Counted from the first letter of the stretch, positions 40,884 to 52,359 are shown. The stretch: DNA of 64,000 nucleotides from an uncultured Thermoplasmata archaeon (GCA_963809035.1 CAWEHV010000002.1:1312113-1376112), one strand, 5' to 3'. Program-made: numbers and translations. The notes: a model not told the origin generated them from the sequence alone.

Positions 40884-43800
40884 ATGGCCGACCGGCGAGC
40901 GGTGACCGTGGCTGTGACCTTGGTGATCGGAGTTCTCGGTACTCTCGTCGTTGGGCCTCCTGGCAGGGCTGGGAACCTCCCCTTCCGCAGCCCACGGGGC
41001 GGCGTTGCATGTGGCTTCCTCGCGCAGCACTGCTCCAGCCTCGGCTGGAGGCGCTCGCTCCCCTGGCGCCCTTATGGCATCCGAGCTGGGCTTGAACGGT
41101 GTCGGCGGCAACGCTCTCCCCAATCCGGTGGCGGTCGAGGCGCTCGCCCAGGCCAAAGCATCGGGGGTACCCACGACCGATGTCTTCGTCCCCCGCGCTG
41201 GAGCCACTCCGGCCGAGGTCGCCCAGTCCATGGCCAAAGGCCACGTTACGCCGCTTTACGGTGGGGACACTCCGGCCCCGATCGGTCTCGCTGACTACGG
41301 TCTCTCCGCCAACCCGAACGGCAACGGCAGTATCGTGCCCTCGATCCTCAACACGCCCAGCGTGAAGGCCACTTTCGCCCCCAATGCGACCGGCATCCAG
41401 CCCCTCTACCCGTTCGACAGCACACCGGACGGCTACGGAGTGCAGCTGAACGCCGTCACGACCAACATCAGCCTCCTTGGCAACTCGAGCTACTCGTTCT
41501 GGACGCAGAATGTCGTGGAGTACTTGGCCCACGCGCACGAGCTGATCCTCGTCACGAACGTATGGAACTTCTCGAGCCCCTTGTCCTCGCTCTCAGCGAA
41601 CGCCATCTACCAGCACGGCGCCTACGGAACGCAGGTCGGCACCGAACTGTACTACGCCGAATATCCGGTCCTGACCTCGATCACCTATCCGTTCAGCGTG
41701 GACCTTTGGATGAACAACTCCGTCATCTCCGGGCGCAATGCCGTGAATTTCACGGTGGCGTTGAATGAGAGCGGCGTCACGACCGTCTTCCCATACGACT
41801 ACGTCATCTTCAACTCGACCAACCTGACCTCCGGACCGGCGCCTCCGTCGAACTACACGGCCAACGGCTACCAGTACAATCCCCTCGGACTCACGGATGA
41901 CTTCGAGGTCGTTCTGGGAGGCCCGGGCGGCGGGTCCCAGGCCAACCTGTATGCGGCGGATGCGAACTTCACCCTCCAGTATTGGAACATCTCCTCCTCC
42001 TCGTACAAGACGGTCCCTAGTGCTTTCTCCTACGGCGGCGAGACCGGGGAGACCGTCACCGGTGCGTACGTCGGGTGGCACAACGGGACGAACGGAGCCC
42101 CCTATGGGGCCGTCCGAACCGGTCCGTCGATGCTGGTCGGGCTCTGGAACGCGACCGGGGCCCCGGGCTTGGGTCAGGTCAGTCTGACGCTCTCACCGGA
42201 GAATGCGTTCGTCTTCTTCGGCCCCAACTGGACGAGCAACTTCACCCAGGGGGACCTACCCTACTGGGCGCCTCAAGAGACGACCAATACCTTCTGGCTC
42301 GCCCCTGGGACGTACGACCTCACGGTCGCTCTGAGCGACTATTTCCCGGTGGTGCTGTCGGTGACCGTCACGCTCGGCTCGAACCCGATCAGTGCGACCC
42401 TGGCGCTCGACACCTTTGAGGGGATCTACACTCCGATCTGGGTCTGGAATAACGACCAGTACGCCGCCGTCTCGAGCGGCGGGAGCGGGACTCCGAGCGA
42501 CCCGTACCATATCTACAACGCTCAGACGAACTTCATGCCGAGCGTCTTCGGAACTTGGAACGATTTCGCGTTCCCGGTCTTCACCGGGGTGTTCCTCTTC
42601 GGCACGACCGCCTCGGTCGTACTTTCCAATATGTCGGCCCTGGTGACCAGCATGCCCTCCGGGCTGGCCGCCCCGACCGACTCCCTTGGCTACGTCTTCT
42701 ACAACGCCTCGAACGTGGCCCTGGTCAACTCGACCAACATCAGCGGCTGGTACTCGAGCGGGCTCTACGACCCGGTGGATGCCCCGGCCTTCGCCGGAAA
42801 CTACTACGGGACGTTCAGCGTCGTCCTGTGGGACTCGTCGGGGAACCTGATCGCCGACAACACGTTCGAAACGCAATCCGGCGGCCTCACTCTGTCCGGC
42901 GGATCGAGCAACACCGTCTTTGGCAACTCGTTCACGATGGTACCCTTCCCGACGTTCCCGCACCCGACCGTCCTGTCGGGCCTGAACCAGAGCCTCGGCC
43001 TGCAGGAGACGGAGAGCGGGGACCTGGTCTACGGCAATGCGTTCGACACGACCGTCACCGCCGTGACCGAACCCTACGATCTCTACAACGGGAATCCCCT
43101 CGCTCCGCTCGAGACATGGAACATCACCCCCACGCCGGCGGCGACGATCCACTACGCGACGAACTTCCCCGACTTCCCCCTCACCGGGACGATCGTTGGC
43201 AACTCGACCCAGGGCGGCAACTACTGGTGGGACTACGGCGGGGCCTCCAACCCCCTCGGCACCCTTCCCTACACCGAGGTCCTGGTCGGGATCTCCCAGA
43301 TCTTCACCGGCGGCGACTACTGGCCCCTCGTCGCACCCACGCCCGCGAGCTACCTGGCCGCGTTCACAGAGAGCGGGCTGCCGGCCAGCACACCCTGGGA
43401 GATCTACCTCGCCGGCACCCACCCCGGGTCGAACCGGACGATCCAGTTCGACCTCACCAACGGCAGCTACCCCTGGTCCGTCGGCGCGGTGAGCGGCTAC
43501 GTAGCCCTGCCTCCCAACGGGACCCTGGTGGTCGCGGGCGAGCCGACGAACATCACGATCGCCTTCACCCCGGCGGTGCCCCCGACGACCTACCGGGTGA
43601 CGTTCAGCGAGACCGGCCTACCGAACGGAACGGCCTGGGCGGTCATCCTGGGCAGCCAGACGAACTCGTCGACCACCACCGTTGTCACCTTCGAGGATCC
43701 GAACGGGACCTTCCCCTTCTCGTTCGGGAACGTGTCCGGGTATCGGCCGACCCCGGTGAACGGACAGGTCACGGTCCATGGGGCCGCCCAGGGCCAGAGC

Positions 43801-44754
43801 GTGGCCTTCGCTGCGAGTTCGCGGACCTACACGCTCACCTTCTCCGAGACGGGCCTGCCGACCGGGACGCTGTGGTCCGTGGCCGTCGGACTCTCGAACC
43901 TGAACTCCACCGGCCCCGAGATCAATTTCAGCGTGACTCCAGGGACCCATGGCTATGAGATCGGCACGGTCGCTGGATACCAGTCCTCGCCCGCGAGCGG
44001 GGCGACGACGGTCCTGGCCGCGAACCAGACGATCTTGGTGGCGTTCACCAAACTAGCGAGCGGGGAGTACACGGTGACCTTCACCGAGTCGGGCCTTTCC
44101 ACGGGCACCAGTTGGTCGGTGACGATTGGTTCGACCACCCAACCCTCGACGGGGACCACGGTCGTCTTCACCGAGCTCAATGGGACGTACGCCTACTCGG
44201 TCACCACGGTCCCCGGCTATACCCTCGCTAAGTCCTCCGGGTCGATCACGGTCTCCGGAGCGAACACGGGGACCGCCGTGGCCTTCTCCGCCATCCCCCC
44301 TGGGAAGTACGCGCTCACGTTCACGGAGAGCGGTCTACCCGGCGGGACGAACTGGTCCGTGACGATCGGCACCTCCACCGTCTTTTCGAACGGGGGGAAC
44401 GTGGTCGCCTTCCAAGAGGCGAACGGTACGGCTTCTTACCAGGTCGCGTCGGTCGACGGATATACGGCCAGCCCGAGCGCCGGCTCGGTGGACCTCGCGG
44501 GGGCGGCCAAGGATGTGGCCGTCACGTTCTCCAGCAGTGGATCCTCGGGCTCCTCCAGCAGCGGGCTGTCCACTCTGGACTGGACGATCATCGCGGTGGT
44601 GGTCTTGCTGATCGTGATCGCGGCGGTGTTCGCGCTCTCCCGTCGCGGGCGCGGTGGTCCGAGCGCTACCATTCCGCCGGAGGGCTCCCCCACGGAACCG
44701 GTCGAGCCCGCGGGGCCCGGCGGGCCTCCGGCGGGGGGCGGGGATACGCCGTAG
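40884..44754 (+). CDS. Thermopsin (peptidase A5) family surface protease; frameshift in the signal region near 40950
   Basis: PAPIGLADYG, YGVQLNAV, FWTQNVV, VLGGPGGG, GGETGET; FxESGLP repeats and C-terminal TM. ATG 40884 gives MADRRAV..., parallel to the next gene. Confidence 0.88.
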
Positions 44755-44907
44755 TTGTGTCCGGGCGCCCCAAAGCACCACCGCTTCCTCGCTGCCCGCC
44801 TACGGCCGCCCCACGACGGTCTTTGTCACTGGAAGAACCCCTCGAGATCGAGACGCCGGTTTTGTCCGGATGGACGTTAAGTAGAGGGGGGCGTGTGGCC
44901 GGCCGAA

Positions 44908-47900
44908 ATGGCCGACCGACGAGTGATGCTCCTGACGGTGACCCTAGTGACCTTGGTGATGATCCTCTCCTCCCTTGGACTTCTGTCCGTGGGCGCCCGG
45001 GCCCCGGCCGGCCCTTCGAGGCCCTCGGGGGTCTCCCCGCTGGTCTCCGCGCCCGCCCCGCCCTCCCCCGCCCGGCCCGCGTCAACCCCGGTGGGCTTGG
45101 CCCAGGCCGGTACCACCCTCCCCACAACCTCGACCGCAGTGACTCCCACCGAGGGCGTTAATCCCGCGGTCGCCAAGGCAAAGCTCCTCATCGCCGAAAA
45201 GAAGCTGAACCCGTCGAGCGTCTTCTTCCCCGCGGCGGCACCGGCCACCCCCCCGTCCTCGACGTCCTCCCTTACCACTGCCTACACCGGCAACCCCGCG
45301 CCGATGGGTCTCTCGGACATCGGGCTCGGCTCGTCCGGTCCCTACATTTACAATAGCTCGAGCTTCGAGGCCTCGATCCACCTCAATTCGTTCACGGACT
45401 ACAATCCCGGCTACTCCGGGTGGGTCGCTCCGCCGAACTACATGACCTGGCAGCTGAACACGGTCACGGTCAACGTCTCTTTTCCGGGATCGACCACCGG
45501 GGTCTTCTGGATGCAGAACGTCGTCCACTTCAATGGGACCTCGCTGCAGTTCGAGAACAACATCTGGAACATGTCCAGCTCGAACGCAGCGCTCAACCCC
45601 GGTACGCTCCTGAATTACAACGGTACCCTGGTCGCGGGCTCGTTCTACTACATCTACGGTCCGACCTTCCAGGTGACGTATCCCTTCACGCTGGACCTGT
45701 ACAACAACATCACCTCGCGGGGCGGGCACCCGGGGCTTTACTTCAACTACACTCTCACCAACACGACCACGGGATCCCACACCGGCTCGTTCGACTACGT
45801 GACCTTCAACGGGACGACCTCGCTGAGCGCTCCCCCGCAGTTCTCCGTGAACGGAAAGCACTACAACCCGTTCGGCGCCACTCCCTACCTGCTCTGGGAC
45901 GCGGAGCTCATCTTCGGCGGGAACGGGGGCGGTGCCAACGCGGTCATCACGAACCTCAACGGAACCTCCACCCTCCGGTTCTGGGACAAGACGGCCGCGA
46001 AGTACGAGAACGTCCGGTCCGCGTACGATTACGGCGTGGACACGGGCGAGACCGCCGACGGGGTCGCCGCGGCGTACCAGGGGACGACCGAACTCCTGAG
46101 CCAGGGGCCCTCGATGCTTTACGGGCTCTGGAACACCAGCGTCTCGTCCTGGGGGCCCGCGGCCAACCCGGGTTGGATCAACGTCGACCTGACCGGACAG
46201 CCGAGCTACGGGTTCGTCTTCGGCACGAACCAATCGTCCGCGAACTACCTGAGGGGCACCGGGAACTGGTCCTACTCCCCCTCGGGGGCGACCGGCACGA
46301 CGGTGACCCACCTGCCGCCCCCGGCCTCGGGGAACCCGTACGTCTTCCGGGCGTACGCGAACGGGTTCGGTCAGTCCAACCTCACGGTCAGCAACAACGC
46401 GTCCGGTGTAGCGGCGTTCTCGTTGGTGGCGAACTCTAAGTCGTTCGACACCCCCGTGTACCTCAGCACCACGGCCCAAGTGGCGGCGTTCGGTGCGGCG
46501 GGCCTGTCGGGCGTGACCTACTCTGCCCTGCACAACGGGCTCTGGATCAATAAGACGCAAGCTTCGTACGAGATCCCGTTCGACCTCCTGAACGATTTCC
46601 GGTACCCGGAATTCATGCTGTTCGCGGCCGACAACCTGTCCACGAACGTCTCGCTCAATCACTTCGTCCAGGACCCACTGACGTTCATCTACTGGAAGTA
46701 TGACGTCATCCGGGCCACGAGCTACTACGCGGACTTGACCCAGGGATACTTCTTCAACTACGGAACCGGCGTGTTCTCCGTGACGAACACGACGGTCGCG
46801 GGGAGCCCGTACCTCACCTACGACGCGGGCTTCACGGCGCTCTCCGCGGTCGAGTTCTGGCAAACCACGAACAGCCGGGCGGGCTGGATCATCACCAACG
46901 GGGACTCCTTCGGGGTCGACGTGATGAACAGCACCCGTGCGACCCTCTGGAACATCCAAGGAGAGACCGGCGCGAACGCGATCGCGGTCTTCTACTCGGA
47001 GTTCGTGACCGCCACGGACATCAGCTCCAACGGAACCGACCTCGGCGGCGGCGTGGCCGGCGTAACTCCCTTCCCGACGTGGGCGGCCTATCTCGAGCTC
47101 GACAGGTTCGTCTCCCTCAACGGGGTGACGGCCTCGAACGGCTCGGTCTGGGTATTCTCCGTAGATGATGGGGCCTTGGACCTCGTCAACTTCAGCGCCA
47201 CGAACAACGTCGTGCTGAACGGCGCAGGTCCCGAGTATGGGTTCATGGCTCTCTTCGAGGGCGACCTGGACGATACGCTTACCAACTGGGTGGCCACGAA
47301 CTCTTCGAGCTACTTCCCCTTTATCGCGACGTTCGTCGAGGTCGTAGGTCTCAGTGTGTACAATTTCAGTGTCTCGGGAGTGGCGCCGACGGGCACCCTG
47401 GATCCCGGCTCCCCGATCTACGGGATCGTGTTGGATATCCCATTCGGGTTCTACATCTCCGCGGAAGTCGACCTGGTCGACGTCACGGCCACGTTCGGCG
47501 CGGTCGCCGTCCTGGGCGAGTACGTCATCGGCCTGACCGTAGACGACATCACCGCGACCGCCGGAGGTTCCGCCGTGGTCTTGGAGGAGGCGGAAAATTT
47601 CGTCGCGTCCAACGTCAGCGCGTCGTCGGCGGGAATCGGCATATTCGTCGCCTTGGCGACCAACGTGACCGCATGGAACGTCACCTCCAGCGCCGGATCG
47701 GTCGGCGTTTTCGTCGAGGGGGCCGTCAATGTCGATGTTTGGAACGTCAACGCGACCTCTCCCAGCCTTGGCCCCGCATATTTCAGCAACGTTGCCCTCA
47801 ACGGAATGATCCCGAACGCCGGGGTCGCCCTGTTCGAGAACGAGAATGAGACGGTCTCCAACGTCTCGACGGTCGACTACGCCTACGGCGTCTGGGACAA

Positions 47901-49878
47901 CTCCTCCGCGGACGGGGTCGCCTTCTCGAACATCACGTCGTGGAACGGCGGCACCGCGGTCGCGTTCAACGGTACCAACGGGGCCACCGTATCCTCCGTG
48001 TTCGCCTACGGCAACCAGTGGGGCGCGACGTTCCTCAACACGACCGCCACGACCGTGACCGCGAGCACCTTCGAGGGCTCGGCGAGCTACGGAGTGACCG
48101 TGACGGGGGGAAGTGGGTTCGTCGCCTACGGGAACAACTTCGTGGCGAACAACGGAGCCTCCACGAACGGCACGTTCAACGCCGCGACCGTCCAAGCCTC
48201 GGTGTTCTTGCCCTCGGCGATGTTCACGTACCTCGGGATCGGCAACTACTGGTCCGACTGGGACGGCTCGGGATCCTACACGATCAACGGCGCGGTGTCC
48301 GACACGGCACCGCTCGCTGCCTTCATCTCGAGCTGGCTCGAGATCAACGAGACCGGCCTCCCGGCGGGCTTCGCCTGGGGATTCACCCTGGACACGGTCG
48401 ACTACACCACCTCCGCCCCCCTCGTGTTCATCCCGAGCTGGAGCCTCGCGGACGCGACGCTCGGGTTCGTCGTGAACCCGCCCACCGGCTACACGCCCAC
48501 GCCCGCCTCCGGGACGATCCCGTACGCCGGCGCGAACACGACGGTGACCATCTCGTTCGTGAAGGCGCACTACAACGTAGTGTTCCAAGAGAGCGGCCTT
48601 CCCTCGGGCACGACCTGGAGCGTCACGTTCAACGGGACGACCCTGCAGGACACGACGGTCGGAAGCACCGGGTCGATCACGTTCTCGGTGTACGACGGCA
48701 GCTATCCCTACACCGTCGGGTCGGTGACCAACTACAACTCCGCTCCGTCGAGCGGGACGAAGGCCGTGTCGGGAGCCAACGTGAACGTGCCGATCGTCTT
48801 CACCCACGTGCCTGTGGCCTACTCGGTGACCTTCACCGAGTCGGGTCTGGTGCCGGGAACGTCCTGGTCGGTCACGCTCGGGTCGAGCACGAAGTCGTCC
48901 ATGAACACGACGATCGTGTTCTCCGAGCTCAACGCGAGCTACATCTACACCATCCCGAACGCCGACGGCCTCATACCGGCCCCTAGCGCGGGAACGATCG
49001 CGGTCAACGGGACGAACACGGGGCTGTCGGTCGTCTTCACCGCCGCCCCGGTGGGGACCTACGCGGTGGTGTTCAACGAGGCCGGCCTGGGACCCGGCAC
49101 CAACTGGTCGGTGACGATCGGTTCCTCGACGTTGTACTCTCGCGGGGGGACGAGCGTGACCTTTGAGCTCGTCAACGGCTCGTACACCTACCTGGTCAAC
49201 GCGGTCCCCGGCTACAAGATCGAGCAGGTGAGCGGTAGTGTGCAGGTGACGGGTCAGCCCCAATCATTCACCGTCACCTTCGTCGCTACCCCGTTCACCT
49301 ACACGATCACCTTCGCGGAGACCGGACTTCCGAGCGGCACCGACTGGTCGGTGACGATCGGGACCACGACGCACTACTCGGACGGGAACGCGACCGTCAC
49401 CTTCCAGGAAGGGAACGGGACGTACAGCTACCAGGTCGGGTCGGTCACGGGCTACTCGGTCTCGCCGTCGAGCGGCCCCCTCACCCTGACGGGCGCCGGG
49501 ACGAGCGTGAATCTCGCGTTCACGAGCACGGGCTCCAGTTCCTCGTCCTCCGGGCTATCGACCCTCGACTGGGCGATCATCGGGATCGTCATCGCGATCC
49601 TCGTGATCGTCCTGGTCGTGGCCCTGGTGATGCGCGGACGCGGCGGGTCGGGGTCCGGAGCGACCACTGACACCACCTCGACGACGACCTCCGACGAGAC
49701 GGTGAGTCCAGAACCGTGGGCGGAGGAAAGCCCCCCGGAGAGTCCCCCTAGTTCCCTGAACGGGAACCGGGACCAACCCTTTCCTCTCCTTTCTTCCCGA
49801 ATGCATCCGACCGCTGGACCGCTGCCTCAGCGTGCCTCGAGACCTTGGACCCGGGCGGAAAGGGTTGGAGACCGGTAG
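44908..49878 (+). CDS. Thermopsin family surface protease with beta-helix-like region
   Basis: PAPMGLSDIG, WQLNTV, FWMQNVV, ELIFGGNGGG, GVDTGET; repetitive central region, GNYWSD, stalk repeats, TM. Confidence 0.88.
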   Translation: MADRRVMLLTVTLVTLVMILSSLGLLSVGARAPAGPSRPSGVSPLVSAPAPPSPARPASTPVGLAQAGTTLPTTSTAVTPTEGVNPAVAKAKLLIAEKKLNPSSVFFPAAAPATPPSSTSSLTTAYTGNPAPMGLSDIGLGSSGPYIYNSSSFEASIHLNSFTDYNPGYSGWVAPPNYMTWQLNTVTVNVSFPGSTTGVFWMQNVVHFNGTSLQFENNIWNMSSSNAALNPGTLLNYNGTLVAGSFYYIYGPTFQVTYPFTLDLYNNITSRGGHPGLYFNYTLTNTTTGSHTGSFDYVTFNGTTSLSAPPQFSVNGKHYNPFGATPYLLWDAELIFGGNGGGANAVITNLNGTSTLRFWDKTAAKYENVRSAYDYGVDTGETADGVAAAYQGTTELLSQGPSMLYGLWNTSVSSWGPAANPGWINVDLTGQPSYGFVFGTNQSSANYLRGTGNWSYSPSGATGTTVTHLPPPASGNPYVFRAYANGFGQSNLTVSNNASGVAAFSLVANSKSFDTPVYLSTTAQVAAFGAAGLSGVTYSALHNGLWINKTQASYEIPFDLLNDFRYPEFMLFAADNLSTNVSLNHFVQDPLTFIYWKYDVIRATSYYADLTQGYFFNYGTGVFSVTNTTVAGSPYLTYDAGFTALSAVEFWQTTNSRAGWIITNGDSFGVDVMNSTRATLWNIQGETGANAIAVFYSEFVTATDISSNGTDLGGGVAGVTPFPTWAAYLELDRFVSLNGVTASNGSVWVFSVDDGALDLVNFSATNNVVLNGAGPEYGFMALFEGDLDDTLTNWVATNSSSYFPFIATFVEVVGLSVYNFSVSGVAPTGTLDPGSPIYGIVLDIPFGFYISAEVDLVDVTATFGAVAVLGEYVIGLTVDDITATAGGSAVVLEEAENFVASNVSASSAGIGIFVALATNVTAWNVTSSAGSVGVFVEGAVNVDVWNVNATSPSLGPAYFSNVALNGMIPNAGVALFENENETVSNVSTVDYAYGVWDNSSADGVAFSNITSWNGGTAVAFNGTNGATVSSVFAYGNQWGATFLNTTATTVTASTFEGSASYGVTVTGGSGFVAYGNNFVANNGASTNGTFNAATVQASVFLPSAMFTYLGIGNYWSDWDGSGSYTINGAVSDTAPLAAFISSWLEINETGLPAGFAWGFTLDTVDYTTSAPLVFIPSWSLADATLGFVVNPPTGYTPTPASGTIPYAGANTTVTISFVKAHYNVVFQESGLPSGTTWSVTFNGTTLQDTTVGSTGSITFSVYDGSYPYTVGSVTNYNSAPSSGTKAVSGANVNVPIVFTHVPVAYSVTFTESGLVPGTSWSVTLGSSTKSSMNTTIVFSELNASYIYTIPNADGLIPAPSAGTIAVNGTNTGLSVVFTAAPVGTYAVVFNEAGLGPGTNWSVTIGSSTLYSRGGTSVTFELVNGSYTYLVNAVPGYKIEQVSGSVQVTGQPQSFTVTFVATPFTYTITFAETGLPSGTDWSVTIGTTTHYSDGNATVTFQEGNGTYSYQVGSVTGYSVSPSSGPLTLTGAGTSVNLAFTSTGSSSSSSGLSTLDWAIIGIVIAILVIVLVVALVMRGRGGSGSGATTDTTSTTTSDETVSPEPWAEESPPESPPSSLNGNRDQPFPLLSSRMHPTAGPLPQRASRPWTRAERVGDR

Positions 49879-49915
49879 GGGACCTGACCCGGGCCGGCCC
49901 TTCTCGAGTACCGGC

Positions 49916-50200
49916 CTAGCAGGCCCCGCGCGCGACGACTTCCTCGCAGTGCGAAGCCGGGGCAACTGAAAGGGTTCCCATCTGGCCGAACGGAGCGAAG
50001 TAGTCCTGGACCGCTTTCTCGTTGGGCGCCTCCACGATCAGATAGAGGTGGTGGCCACCCGTAGTTACGGCGTCCCCGTGGACCTTGATCCCGTGCTGGC
50101 CGGCCCCGTGGATGATCGCGAGGAGCCCTTGGGCCATCTGGGGGTTCTGAGCGGGGCATCGTTCGGCGGGGTGCGTGTGTTCGGCGACGTACAGAGCCAT
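49916..50200 (-). CDS. Small hypothetical protein (DUF3303/GYD-like)
   Basis: MALYVAEHTHPAERCP...HHLYLIVEA; homolog of 33779. Confidence 0.7.
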   Translation of the reverse strand: MALYVAEHTHPAERCPAQNPQMAQGLLAIIHGAGQHGIKVHGDAVTTGGHHLYLIVEAPNEKAVQDYFAPFGQMGTLSVAPASHCEEVVARGAC

Positions 50201-50368
50201 GGTCCCCCGTGTCCGGTGGGGGTCTTGAGGGTGGGCTTTTGCGTCAGAACGACTGCGCGGGGCGATTTCCGCGTCATTCCCGCCCTGGAACGGCGTCCAG
50301 GACGCGGTTTCGGGCGCTGCCGATCCCACCGGGACCTGGACGACCGACCGCGTCGGTCCGGGCGAACG

Positions 50369-50908
50369 CTAACCCCCGCCGGTGACGAGCGCCTGACCGC
50401 ACGCCATGCAGTGGTTCGAGCCGGGGGGGTTCTGCTTCCCGCATCGGGTACACCACACCGGGCCCGCCGCCGGGGCCGCAGCCGCCGTCGGCGCGAACGG
50501 GGCAGCCGGTGGGGGCGCAGGGGCGCTCGCCGGGGGCATCCCGGAGGGGAGCGGGTGCTGACCGCGGGCCTGCTGGATCGAGTTCATCCACTCCTGGGCC
50601 CGGGGGGTCTGGAAGTGGTAGACGTAGGCCCCCCCGTTTGCCTCGACTCGCAAGGTGTGCCACCCGGACGGAGCGGGAGCCGCGGTGACGTTCGTGATCG
50701 ACCGTACTTCCAGGTTCAGCATCGGGGGCATCGTCTGCGGGGCGAGACCCAGCGCCTGGTCGAATCCGTACCCCGAGGAGTACGGCGAGGCGGTCTCGAA
50801 GACGAGACGGAGGTTCGTGAGAAAGAGCGTCCCCGGGATCTGCTGGGGGGGCGCCCACGCATACAGCTGTTCGGAGCAGACGCCGACCTCACCGGGGTAG
50901 AGCATCAT
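50369..50908 (-). CDS. PH/GRAM-like domain protein with C-terminal zinc ribbon
   Basis: GTLFLTNLRLVFE; Pro/Ala linker; CTRCG...CMACG. Confidence 0.75.
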   Translation of the reverse strand: MMLYPGEVGVCSEQLYAWAPPQQIPGTLFLTNLRLVFETASPYSSGYGFDQALGLAPQTMPPMLNLEVRSITNVTAAPAPSGWHTLRVEANGGAYVYHFQTPRAQEWMNSIQQARGQHPLPSGMPPASAPAPPPAAPFAPTAAAAPAAGPVWCTRCGKQNPPGSNHCMACGQALVTGGG

Positions 50909-51005
50909 GATGGAGCCACCTGCCGGTGAAAGCAGGAGAGAGCCACTCTAAGAACGTTCCCCCCCGGGCCCGAGCTCCGGGCCGGTCGGCGAACCTGCGA
51001 AGACC

Positions 51006-51806
51006 TCAGGAAGGGCCGGCGCGCAGCTTGCCATGGAGCACCGTGACCGCCCGTCCGTAGATGTGGACGCGGTCCCCGGCCGGTTCGGCCTCCAGGACCG
51101 CCCCTCGAGCGGAGGCCTGGAAGCTCCGGACGCGCTTCTCGTCCAGCTTATCCGACCAGTAGGGGCCGAGAGCACACTGGATAGAGCCCGTCGCCGGGTC
51201 CTCGGGGACCCCGGAGGCGGGCGCGAAGAAGCGGACGAGAAAATCGAACCCTCGCAGGTCCGGTCGGGACGTCACGATCACGCCCCGTCCCCCGACCGCG
51301 GCGATCTTCTCGAAGTCCGGCTTTAGAGTTCGGAGATGTTGGGGGGAGTCGAGCTCGATAAGGTAATCGAAGCGGTTCTGCCCGACGAACCGGAACTTTC
51401 CTCCGATCGCCTCCTTCAGCAGAGCCGGTGCGTTCACCTCCGTGCAGGGGTCGGCGGGAAAGTCGAGCTCGATGAAGGGCGCCCGTCGCACCGCCGTCAA
51501 CGGTCCGCTCCGGGTGAAGAACCTCGCCTCGCCGCGGAGCGGGACGGCCCCGGTCTCCCACAGGACGTGGGCGGAGGCGAGCGTCGCATGCCCGCAGAGG
51601 TCCACCTCGGTCGTCGGCGAGAACCAGCGAAGCCGGAACCCCCCCGCGGTGGGGGAGAGAAAGGCGGTCTCGGCGTGCTTCATCTCGGCGGCGACCCGTT
51701 GCATCCAGGCCTTCGAGGCCGGCCGCGGGAGCAGGCAGACGCCGGCGGGGTTGCCCGTGAATTCACGCGAAGCGAAGGCGTCCACGACGAAGATCGGGGC
51801 GTCCAT
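51006..51806 (-). CDS. PhzF-family isomerase
   Basis: VDAF....F.GNPAGV, ETAF, LRWFSPTTEVDLCGHATLA, EDPATGS. Confidence 0.92.
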   Translation of the reverse strand: MDAPIFVVDAFASREFTGNPAGVCLLPRPASKAWMQRVAAEMKHAETAFLSPTAGGFRLRWFSPTTEVDLCGHATLASAHVLWETGAVPLRGEARFFTRSGPLTAVRRAPFIELDFPADPCTEVNAPALLKEAIGGKFRFVGQNRFDYLIELDSPQHLRTLKPDFEKIAAVGGRGVIVTSRPDLRGFDFLVRFFAPASGVPEDPATGSIQCALGPYWSDKLDEKRVRSFQASARGAVLEAEPAGDRVHIYGRAVTVLHGKLRAGPS

Positions 51807-51909
51807 CGGCGATCGGGAAGAGCCACCTCCCCATAGGCCTGCGGAGGGGTCCGGGAATCCCGCAGCAGCCCCCTTTTTGCGGGTCGGCGCCTTGGCGGGG
51901 CCGTAGACC

Positions 51910-52359
51910 ATGGTGTCCAAGTCGCTCACCATCGACCAGTCATTCTTCTTCGAGAAGTCGCCGCGCACCGTCTTCCGGGCCCTTTCCGAATCGAAGCAGA
52001 TCGTTCGCTGGTTCCTCGCGAAGGCCGAGCTCCCTCATGAGAAGGGGGCGCGCTACCGCTTCGAGTGGCCGGGCGGGTACTTCCACGAGGGAACGGTGCT
52101 CGAGTTCGTGCGCGACCGTCGACTCACGCTCACTTGGCCGAACGGGTCTCGTTCGAAGCGATTCTTCACCCGAGTGACCTTCACGGTCCGCCGGGCGGGA
52201 CGCGGAACGTTCCTCACCGTGCACCACACGGGCTTCCCGCGTACCCCCGTCGGGATCGAGCAGTACGGCGGGACGGAGTCGGGGTGGGCCTACTATCTGG
52301 TCAACCTGCGTTCCGTCCTCGAGCACGGAGTCGACCTACGATCGCCTCGCGACGGATAG
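51910..52359 (+). CDS. SRPBCC/AHSA1-like domain protein
   Basis: VFRALS....VRWF, LTLTW, HTGF, GWAYYLVNLRSVLE. Confidence 0.85.
   Translation: MVSKSLTIDQSFFFEKSPRTVFRALSESKQIVRWFLAKAELPHEKGARYRFEWPGGYFHEGTVLEFVRDRRLTLTWPNGSRSKRFFTRVTFTVRRAGRGTFLTVHHTGFPRTPVGIEQYGGTESGWAYYLVNLRSVLEHGVDLRSPRDG

Noticed and set aside
45082..49263. 1393-aa minus-strand ORF and similar long shadow ORFs (3788-5059, 42555-43958, 55114-56772, 60573-62657)
   Set aside because: Arg/Gly-rich antisense or off-frame shadows of GC-rich real genes.
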